A stretch of 64,000 bases of DNA from a virus: IMG/VR virus record IMGVR_UViG_3300027793_000078, positions 14,478 to 78,477 of that record. One strand, given 5' to 3'. Positions 56,636-64,000 of this stretch are shown one piece after another (the stretch's first letter is position 1; each line of letters begins with the position of its first letter). The notes under the pieces are model-generated. The model ran no database searches. It was not told where the DNA came from and saw only the letters and a list, made by a program, of their open reading frames with translations. The translations under genes were made by a program, and so were the position numbers.

Positions 56636-56884
56636 ATGGCACATACTAATAAGCAATTCATGCAGGTTGTGTATTGGGCACAAAAACACATGAAATGTGG
56701 TGTTGATGAAACGCGAATGGGATTGAAGATTACACCCAACGTAAAAGACGTTCGTGCATGGACATGTCATCCCGATGATAAGGGAATGTATGATTTTATG
56801 CGTTATCTTGCAAAAGTTGCCGGGGTTAGCAAGCGTGATATTGAAACAGCAGTTAAATTGGATATTCCACTAAAAATCAAATGA
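56636..56884 (+). CDS. Hypothetical protein
   Basis: ORF in operon. Confidence 0.45.
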   Translation: MAHTNKQFMQVVYWAQKHMKCGVDETRMGLKITPNVKDVRAWTCHPDDKGMYDFMRYLAKVAGVSKRDIETAVKLDIPLKIK

Positions 56885-57420
56885 GAATTCAATACAAAAA
56901 CGTCCACGATTTTCTCCAGACGTTGGATGTTGCTGATATTAAAGATTATTGTCAGCGAAGAACCATTCCTCATGCATTGGCAATGATGCATATTAATGGC
57001 GATTTCAACTTGGGAACTCTTGTGCGAAATGCCAATTTCTTTGGATTTGAAAGAGTTTATTATATTGGTGGTGGCAAGCAATATGATCGTCGCAGCACTG
57101 TTGGTACTCATTTGTATACACCAATGGAGTATTATAAGACAGTCGAAGAGTTCTTTGCCGCCAGTAAAGGCATTTACAGTCCTATTGCTGTGGAAAACAA
57201 TGTGAATTATACTTGTCACATTTATTACAAATATGATTATCCAAATCGAACTGTATTGTTGTTTGGCGAAGAGCAAAGTGGTTTGAGTGATGAAGTGTTG
57301 ACACAGTGCGATGGTATCGTTACTATTCCTAGCGATGGCAGTGTTCGTAGCTTGAATGTTGGCACTGCCAGTGGAATTTTGACGGCACATTTGAGAATGC
57401 TTCACGATATCAATAAATAA
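56881..57420 (+). CDS. SpoU/TrmH-family RNA 2'-O-methyltransferase
   Basis: NLGTLVR.A..FG; LLFGEE..GL; V.IP..G.V.SLNV..A. Confidence 0.88.
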   Translation: MRIQYKNVHDFLQTLDVADIKDYCQRRTIPHALAMMHINGDFNLGTLVRNANFFGFERVYYIGGGKQYDRRSTVGTHLYTPMEYYKTVEEFFAASKGIYSPIAVENNVNYTCHIYYKYDYPNRTVLLFGEEQSGLSDEVLTQCDGIVTIPSDGSVRSLNVGTASGILTAHLRMLHDINK

Positions 57421-57425
57421 AAATT

Positions 57426-57806
57426 ATGATCGTACTATTTAATCAACATATTGGACAACACGAATTGACAAGTGTTGTTGCTTCAACATTTGCCAATGCC
57501 GATGATCGTCTTAATAGAAGAAAGAAACAGCCACATCGTGTAAAATGCAACGGCAAATATATTATTACCGAGAGTGAAAAGACTGTTTGGCCTAGTATTG
57601 GTGCAGCTAAAAATGCAGTTCGCAATCATCTGAATACTTCTAATGAACTAAATAATTGGCTTAAAAGACTGCGTGTAAACGATGCCGCAAACAGAGATGC
57701 GGCAGTGTCACCCTATTATTCTAATCGCAAGGATATGGTTCAAATTATTGAATATTTGGAGAAGAATAATATCATTGAATACGTTCCATATACAGACGGA
57801 GAATGA
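57426..57806 (+). CDS. Hypothetical protein, paralog of 58240..58578
   Basis: R(V/I)K.NGK(Y/F)I...W..IG.AKNA. Confidence 0.55.
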   Translation: MIVLFNQHIGQHELTSVVASTFANADDRLNRRKKQPHRVKCNGKYIITESEKTVWPSIGAAKNAVRNHLNTSNELNNWLKRLRVNDAANRDAAVSPYYSNRKDMVQIIEYLEKNNIIEYVPYTDGE

Positions 57807-57807
57807 C

Positions 57808-58233
57808 ATGACAATAGATGATATAAAAAAACAAATAGATGAGCTTTCCGAGCATAATTTAAAACTCACAGAAGAAAATAAAAAATTGCAGGAAAAGTGT
57901 GAAAAATTAATTGAATCTTTTCCAGATATCGTAGAAAGTTTTGGATTCGAAGGAGCTTCTTTATGTAACTGGAATTATAATGAATATAAACAAAAAATGT
58001 TAGATTCTGACGAAATGGTGGAAGAAACAATATTATCTGTAAAAAAATCTATTCGTGAATGGGGTGAATATAACACGAAAACAACTGCATATGTTTTTGC
58101 CGAAAAATTGTTTACAAAAACTGAGCTATCGCCTCAAGTAAAATGGATTATTTTAAACTTATTATTGAATAAATTTGAGCTTTGTGAAAAAGAAATAATT
58201 GGACTTGTAATGAATTCAATGTTAAAACATTAA
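57808..58233 (+). CDS. Hypothetical protein
   Basis: Coiled-coil N-terminus; start after upstream stop. Confidence 0.5.
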   Translation: MTIDDIKKQIDELSEHNLKLTEENKKLQEKCEKLIESFPDIVESFGFEGASLCNWNYNEYKQKMLDSDEMVEETILSVKKSIREWGEYNTKTTAYVFAEKLFTKTELSPQVKWIILNLLLNKFELCEKEIIGLVMNSMLKH

Positions 58234-58239
58234 ATATTT

Positions 58240-58578
58240 ATGATTATCAATAATACAGTAATTCATTCACATCAATTCGCATCAATATTAAATGGTGCGT
58301 ACACTCTGAGTGAAATGCCAACTAAAACATATAGAATCAAGTTTAATGGCAAGTTTATTCGTCTCAAAACCAAAAGTGAATGGGATAAAATAGGCAGTGC
58401 AAAAAACGCATTCAAGGCATTTTTGAGACGACATGATTATAACATTAATACGGTTGTAAACCAAGGCACACCTTATAATTCTAGTAACTATTATCGGTGT
58501 GATAAAAACGATCTTAATAGTATTTACAATCAATTGATTGCCGACAATCTATTGGAATTTGTAGAAGTTACAAACTAA
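58240..58578 (+). CDS. Hypothetical protein, paralog of 57426..57806
   Basis: See paralog. Confidence 0.55.
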   Translation: MIINNTVIHSHQFASILNGAYTLSEMPTKTYRIKFNGKFIRLKTKSEWDKIGSAKNAFKAFLRRHDYNINTVVNQGTPYNSSNYYRCDKNDLNSIYNQLIADNLLEFVEVTN

Positions 58579-58762
58579 AATTTATGAGCAATTCAAATGA
58601 AGTGTTGTGCAAGATTTGCAATATAAACAAGTGTATTGAATTTTCTGATCGAAATGCAAAGTATGATATTTGCATGGTGTGTTATTTTGTTGATGTAAAT
58701 CAAAATAACAATAATACACCACAAGAAACTAATAAATTTGAACTAGTGAAAAGCGAGTAATT

Positions 58763-59041
58763 ATGAATAGAGAAAAGTTAAACTTGACAAATGAACAAGC
58801 CCGAGATATTGTTTGGGGCGAAACCGATGATTTTACTGAAATAAGTAATAAAGTCGTAGGAACGTCACGTTGGAGCACAGTTTATGAAATTGTTGTTCAA
58901 CGCAAAAGCGATGGAAAATATTTCAAAGACAAATATCGTGTTGCTGCGACTGAAAGTCAGGAGGAACGTGCATATGAATACACAAATCCAAACTTTACAG
59001 AAGTATTTCCTGTAGAAAAGAAAATAATTGTATATGAATGA
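58763..59041 (+). CDS. Hypothetical phage protein
   Basis: RWS....V....DGKYF...Y...ATE.QE...EV.P.EK. Confidence 0.55.
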   Translation: MNREKLNLTNEQARDIVWGETDDFTEISNKVVGTSRWSTVYEIVVQRKSDGKYFKDKYRVAATESQEERAYEYTNPNFTEVFPVEKKIIVYE

Positions 59042-59837
59042 TGAACTTGGAAACAGAATGAAGGAACAATACGAGAATCGTACTCGTTATTTACTTCCTC
59101 GTCGTACTTATAGTATTCTTCGATTGGATGGTAAAGCATTTCACACCTATACTAAGGGTTTGAATAAACCATTTGATCGTGGATTATCTAATGATATTGA
59201 TAATGCGATTATTGCAATGCTTGGAGAAATTCAAGGCGTTGTATTTGCATATACACAGAGTGATGAAATTAGTGTATTGTTGACTGATTTTGAAAAAGAG
59301 TCAACCAGTGCATGGTTTGACGGCAATCTTCAAAAAATGACAAGTGTTGCCGCAAGTATTATCACTGGCGAATTCAATAAACTTCGTTTTTTGAGAAATG
59401 AATCCAACTGGTTATCAAATAAGCCATCTGTGTTTCCATCTGACTTTGTTCCTGCATATTTTGATTGTCGTGTATTTACAATTCCTGATCGAACGGAAGT
59501 AATGAACTATTTTCGTTGGAGACAACAAGATTGCATTAGAAATAGTGTTAGTATGGTTGCACAGAGCAATTTTACCCACAACGAGTTGCAAGGAAAGAGT
59601 CAGCGTGATATGCACGATATGCTTTATGCTAAAGGTATAAATTGGGCGACTGATTATACCGATGGTGAGAAAAATGGTCGTGTAATTATGAAAGAAACAT
59701 TCAATGAAAAATTTGCAGTTGCTGGAACCACAGAATTGTTCGTATCGGAAAGAACTCGTTGGGTTGCCCGTGGTGCATGGGTATTTACCAAGGATGAAGG
59801 TAAATTGTTAAATATGATTCCAAAATATGAAGATTAA
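59034..59837 (+). CDS. tRNA(His) guanylyltransferase Thg1-like (3'-5' polymerase)
   Basis: RMK.YE, RLDGKAFH, QSDEIS, FDG..QK..S, FD.R, WRQQD..RNS. Confidence 0.92.
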   Translation: MNDELGNRMKEQYENRTRYLLPRRTYSILRLDGKAFHTYTKGLNKPFDRGLSNDIDNAIIAMLGEIQGVVFAYTQSDEISVLLTDFEKESTSAWFDGNLQKMTSVAASIITGEFNKLRFLRNESNWLSNKPSVFPSDFVPAYFDCRVFTIPDRTEVMNYFRWRQQDCIRNSVSMVAQSNFTHNELQGKSQRDMHDMLYAKGINWATDYTDGEKNGRVIMKETFNEKFAVAGTTELFVSERTRWVARGAWVFTKDEGKLLNMIPKYED

Positions 59838-60393
59838 TTATCCAATTTTATTGATAACTGATATTCATACGAATTTGTTTAATTTACGACGTGTACTAAA
59901 CAAACACACAAATCACACAGTAATTTGTTTGGGTGATATTACCAATTTATGGGATGAAGCCAAGACATCAGCAAATGCAGATACTGTAAATTACTTTATC
60001 AAGAGTAAAATTATTTGTCTTAAAGGCAATCATGATGAATTTGTTGGTATTAATCGCATAACGTATCAATTGGATGATGCTGCCGTCAAATATTTGGTCA
60101 ATTTACCGATCACTCTAAATATAGAAACCGAGGATGGTAAAGAATATAAATTATATCATTATCGTCCTAATGATTTTTGGAGTTTATCTGATCCAGATCA
60201 ATTATCGCTTGATGATTTTTGTAAAATCTATGGTATGATTGATTTTCATGAAGCAGTGTTGATTGGACACTTACATAAGTCTTTTAATAAATCATTTGCC
60301 GGGCACAAACGAAAATTAATCGGTATTGGAGCACTACGAGATGGAGAATATGCCATATTAAATGAACGTGGAATAGAACATCATAAATTATGA
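59827..60393 (+). CDS. Metallophosphoesterase
   Basis: DIH.N, LGD, GNHD, GH.H. Confidence 0.8.
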   Translation: MKINYPILLITDIHTNLFNLRRVLNKHTNHTVICLGDITNLWDEAKTSANADTVNYFIKSKIICLKGNHDEFVGINRITYQLDDAAVKYLVNLPITLNIETEDGKEYKLYHYRPNDFWSLSDPDQLSLDDFCKIYGMIDFHEAVLIGHLHKSFNKSFAGHKRKLIGIGALRDGEYAILNERGIEHHKL

Positions 60394-60785
60394 GTAAACA
60401 TAAAAAACGGAATAATAAAGAAATAAAATGGCTTGATGAGCCAGCCGAGCATAATTATCCATCTGCGGAATCTTATTTATCATTGATTATAGAACCCGAT
60501 AAAGTTAAAGTTCTTGTTGATTATCTTAAAGTTAATAAACAAATAATCAAATTCAAAGCGCGAGATATTTTTCGCGCAAGCGGATTACCACTTTTGGGTA
60601 TTTCTCAACATCAAATTGATCATAATTTAAAGCGCATCAAGGACGGTGAAAAACTTTCGCCAATTTTGCTTATTAGAGACAGCGTAAATAGACGAGTCAT
60701 CATTGCAGATGGATATCATCGACTATGCGCCGTTTATCATCACAATGACAATATGGAAATTCCTTGTAAAATAATACATATATGA
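60390..60785 (+). CDS. ParB/Srx-like domain protein
   Basis: LSPILL...IADGYHRL. Confidence 0.65.
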   Translation: MSKHKKRNNKEIKWLDEPAEHNYPSAESYLSLIIEPDKVKVLVDYLKVNKQIIKFKARDIFRASGLPLLGISQHQIDHNLKRIKDGEKLSPILLIRDSVNRRVIIADGYHRLCAVYHHNDNMEIPCKIIHI

Positions 60786-61402
60786 ATACTATACTTGATG
60801 GACGTTTATGGGACGGTGAATCCTTGTACTATGATATTAGCTTTCTAAAATTGATGGAAGCCAATATTTTTTCCTTTGCAGACTTGGTTAATCATCCAAA
60901 ATTGATATTTCAACAAAAACTCGAAATGACAGACATGAATGGTAAACCTATTTATCAGGGTGATATCATTCGATACAATAATAGAAATTATGAAGTGATT
61001 GATGATAAACATGGTATTGGTTTATTTGGTCCCATATGGTTCTTGCCGCCTTATATTAATTCAGTTAAACATTTAAAACTTGTAGGAAATAAAATGGAAA
61101 ATAAAGACCTATTCGCGTTGGAAAAGAATATTACTTCTATAAAATGTAAACATCAATTAGCATATTATATAGAACGCGAAGACGAAGAATCAGAGGCATA
61201 TTATATTTTTGGAATCATAAATGCGAAGACAAAAACATTCTTAGATATGTATCATGACACAAAGATGTGTTTAGACAAATATGCGCCGGATATGTTTTCA
61301 CAACCAATGGAAAACAAATTTATTTTCACTCATAAAAATATCGATCCAAAAGAAGTATTGAGATTATCTGGATATGTAGAATACACAAATTATTATAATT
61401 AA
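60782..61402 (+). CDS. YopX-like domain + C-terminal extension
   Basis: D.NGKPIYQGDI...VGNKMEN. Confidence 0.65.
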   Translation: MNTILDGRLWDGESLYYDISFLKLMEANIFSFADLVNHPKLIFQQKLEMTDMNGKPIYQGDIIRYNNRNYEVIDDKHGIGLFGPIWFLPPYINSVKHLKLVGNKMENKDLFALEKNITSIKCKHQLAYYIEREDEESEAYYIFGIINAKTKTFLDMYHDTKMCLDKYAPDMFSQPMENKFIFTHKNIDPKEVLRLSGYVEYTNYYN

Positions 61403-61403
61403 C

Positions 61404-61622
61404 ATGAACACATTTATCATAATCGACGGACGGCGAATCAATACTAGTAGAATAACCTTTTATATGAAGAGCAGTTATACAAATGGCACTTACAGTGCGG
61501 ACTTCAATGTTAAAATACATTTTTCCGATGAACATCATATAACAATTGTCAAGGCAACTAAACAAGATCAAGAAATGCTTTTACAAAAGCTTGATGAATA
61601 TTTGATGGTAAAGGAAATTTAA
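61404..61622 (+). CDS. Hypothetical protein
   Basis: FI.I...RIN...I. Confidence 0.5.
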   Translation: MNTFIIIDGRRINTSRITFYMKSSYTNGTYSADFNVKIHFSDEHHITIVKATKQDQEMLLQKLDEYLMVKEI

Positions 61623-61623
61623 T

Positions 61624-62007
61624 ATGAATCGTGAAATAAAATTTAGAGTATACAACACCCGAAGTAAAGAATGGATTCATGGACCACGATATGAAGTAAA
61701 TTTATTTGGAGAAACAATTTTGCTTGGCGCGTTCATGCAAAACGTATCGATACAAGATTTGAACCACTGCGTTGCTCTTCAGTATATTGGTTTAAATTTG
61801 GATAGTGGTCATGAAGTATATGAAGGTGATATTATAAATACCATGAAAAACCGATATGTTATTGAATATAGCAAAGATAACGCAAAGTATATTGGCCGTG
61901 GTTTATTTCATGATAAAGATGTTGTAGATGTCGCGTCTATTGTTAGATGTGGAATTTGTCTTGGCAATATTTTTGAAAATGTAGATTTGATAAAATTATA
62001 TGAATAA
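61624..62007 (+). CDS. YopX-family protein
   Basis: MNREIKFRV...QYIGL...YEGDI...GNIFEN. Confidence 0.85.
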   Translation: MNREIKFRVYNTRSKEWIHGPRYEVNLFGETILLGAFMQNVSIQDLNHCVALQYIGLNLDSGHEVYEGDIINTMKNRYVIEYSKDNAKYIGRGLFHDKDVVDVASIVRCGICLGNIFENVDLIKLYE

Positions 62008-62287
62008 AATAATTAAATTCAAACCATTATATTCCGCCGAAATTGAATTGGTTCTTGGAGATGGATTTTCTTTTCAATGTGCCGGGAAAGACGAAGATGG
62101 AAACTTCGTTATGCATAATAATTTGGCTGAAGTTGTTGAAGAGAATGGAGAATTAAAAATCTGTCATAATGGAACTAGATATAATCCATATCATTTTCTT
62201 TATTGTGATCATCTGGACGGAGATATATCAATGGATCACATTAAAAAGATTTACAATTGGATAACTGGAGAACGATATGAATCGTGA
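62000..62287 (+). CDS. Hypothetical protein
   Basis: Overlapping packed ORF. Confidence 0.5.
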   Translation: MNKIIKFKPLYSAEIELVLGDGFSFQCAGKDEDGNFVMHNNLAEVVEENGELKICHNGTRYNPYHFLYCDHLDGDISMDHIKKIYNWITGERYES

Positions 62288-62702
62288 AATAAAATTTAGA
62301 GTATGGGATAAACGAGAAACTAAAGGAATGTCTACTCAGAACATGTTATATAATGCTCAATCACATGATTTATGGCAAGACTTTGTAGATTATCCCGGTT
62401 ATGAATTGATGCAATATACAGGGTTGAATGATATAAATGGTAAAGAAATTTACGAAGGTGATATATTAATCAATAAAACTACGGATGAAGAATATTGCAG
62501 TCCGGCAGTTGTTGTTTGGAGTAAATATGAAGAAATCGGATTCTCTTTAGCTTACAAATATAAAGATGAAATTAAAGAACACCTAAATATACTAAAACAC
62601 TCAATTAATAATATAAATTTAATTCAAGAATTTAGACTTGTTAGATATGGAACTTATCAAGTGATCGGCAATATTTTTGAGAATCCAGAATTATTAAATT
62701 AA
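62277..62702 (+). CDS. YopX-family protein
   Basis: MNREIKFRVWD...QYTGL.D.NG.EIYEGDI...VIGNIFENPELL. Confidence 0.88.
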   Translation: MNREIKFRVWDKRETKGMSTQNMLYNAQSHDLWQDFVDYPGYELMQYTGLNDINGKEIYEGDILINKTTDEEYCSPAVVVWSKYEEIGFSLAYKYKDEIKEHLNILKHSINNINLIQEFRLVRYGTYQVIGNIFENPELLN

Positions 62703-62703
62703 T

Positions 62704-63273
62704 ATGAAAAACAAAGAAGCTCCAATTGTAAAAAGTCTTGTTGGTTTGGGCACAATTTATTACAATTCCAAAGGAGAATGGCACAACGAAGCCGGCCCGG
62801 CAAGAATTCGCCCAAATGGTAAAAAAGAGTATTGGATACGAGACGGTTGTATCAGCGAGTATGAATTCACGTTGAAATATGGTAAAAAACTAGGATTGTA
62901 TGAAGAGCATTATTTTGTGCTTATTTCATCAGACGGCAGCATAGAATGGTGTGATAGTAAATATGATAATAATGGAAGTTTCAGATATAAAATACTTTAC
63001 AAAGACCCTCCATCCGAAGAACGGGCTGGATATAGAAATTACATATTAGACAGCGGAGAAGTCATTGAAAATAGTGAACCCGGAACTTCTGAATATTTTG
63101 TATTTATTGACAAACATAAAACCAAGTATTGGTATCAAAACGTATTGCATTGTTCACGCGGGCCTGCTGTGGAATATGCAAATGGATCAAAGGAATGGTG
63201 GCTATGTGGTGAAAAACTAACAAAAGAAGAGTATTATCGTAAATTAAATCCCGAACTGATATATAACATATGA
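62704..63273 (+). CDS. Protein with two H..xGPA..NG.KE.W repeats
   Basis: HNEAGPARIRPNGKKEYW; HCSRGPAVEYANGSKEWW. Confidence 0.6.
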   Translation: MKNKEAPIVKSLVGLGTIYYNSKGEWHNEAGPARIRPNGKKEYWIRDGCISEYEFTLKYGKKLGLYEEHYFVLISSDGSIEWCDSKYDNNGSFRYKILYKDPPSEERAGYRNYILDSGEVIENSEPGTSEYFVFIDKHKTKYWYQNVLHCSRGPAVEYANGSKEWWLCGEKLTKEEYYRKLNPELIYNI

Positions 63274-63283
63274 ATAAAATAAT

Positions 63284-63514
63284 ATGTTAATTTTATCAAT
63301 AATATTGATTGTATGGATCGTTCTCAATGCGGTGTTGTTATTAACAACTGAATACAATCCTCATAACGATCACAAAACAAAAGGAATATATCGCATATTA
63401 GAATATGTTTTTTTCTTTCCTCTTGTGACTATTGTGTTTATGATGGGATATATTTTCATCCCCTGTATTAAAAAAGTTAGAAAATATTGTAATTACAAAA
63501 AAATAAAATCATGA
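63284..63514 (+). CDS. Small membrane protein
   Basis: Two hydrophobic segments. Confidence 0.5.
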   Translation: MLILSIILIVWIVLNAVLLLTTEYNPHNDHKTKGIYRILEYVFFFPLVTIVFMMGYIFIPCIKKVRKYCNYKKIKS

Positions 63515-63810
63515 AATCTCGTAAAGGGTTTGCTAAAATAAGTATTAATGGTGAAAAATTTCTGTTTAATTGGGCAAATAATCCTGATGGACCTATGTTG
63601 ATTATGTATGCGTCCGATTCAGAAAAAATTGAGATACCGTATACTATTTGGGAAAAATATCCGAATAGTAAAAAGTACGATCATAAAACTTGGCACGGCA
63701 AACATAAAAAGGGTGCTGAGTGGGGTGTTTGGGGTAAACGAGAAGCTAGAGAAATGTATTTCAAGTATTTGCAATATTCTTATGATTTGTACGGTGCAAC
63801 GGAATTTTAA
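63511..63810 (+). CDS. Hypothetical protein
   Basis: ATGA overlap. Confidence 0.5.
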   Translation: MKSRKGFAKISINGEKFLFNWANNPDGPMLIMYASDSEKIEIPYTIWEKYPNSKKYDHKTWHGKHKKGAEWGVWGKREAREMYFKYLQYSYDLYGATEF

Positions 63811-64000
63811 CGGTGAATTTTGTCAATCATATATTCTACAAAAATCAGATCATTATCAAAAAATTAAATACCGAACAAATATAAATAACAACACAGTCGA
63901 TATAATAATTGACTGTGTTTTATTATAGTGTAATATCAACGTCATAAATTAACACGACTATTTATGACTGACAACAAATTAGATTTTTGGATTCAAAACA

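Noticed and set aside
1-64000. Stop-codon reassignment
   Set aside because: Known enzymes are full length in the standard code, TAA/TGA/TAG all end genes, no suppressor tRNA seen

Overview
AT-rich, gene-dense, mostly + strand segment of a very large (jumbo-type) tailed bacteriophage genome using the standard genetic code; no rRNA, CRISPR array or capsid/terminase gene is visible. Three zones: (1) ~1-22 kb, genes mostly preceded by a TATTTAT(A) motif a few bases before the start codon (probable late promoter). Many of their products carry a short N-terminal tag ending in hydrophobic-x-E, probably marking head-packaged cargo (CCA-adding enzyme, kinase, GNATs, ADP-ribosyltransferase-like, 2H phosphoesterase, lysozyme, HsdS-like domain). 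(2) ~23-30 kb, a stable-RNA island driven by tandem sigma70 promoters with boxA-like sites. It holds 9 anticodon-bearing tRNAs (some atypical), one tRNA lacking an anticodon loop, an HNH gene and more than a dozen discrete structured non-tRNA elements. Five of these are copies of a covarying module (DAGAYRC-NNN-CAGCAA...GYRTCTH-GT), and two of those enclose circularly permuted, anticodon-less tRNA bodies (YrlA-like topology). (3) ~30-64 kb, sigma70-driven accessory genes: Ter/TelA/vWA cluster, DNA ligase, NadE, Thg1, TrmH, dCMP deaminase, pyrophosphatase, HD hydrolases, YopX paralogs. Two PEP-CTERM proteins and a prepilin-like protein suggest an exosortase-bearing host such as Verrucomicrobiota (inference). 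All calls are by eye from sequence motifs; no searches were run.
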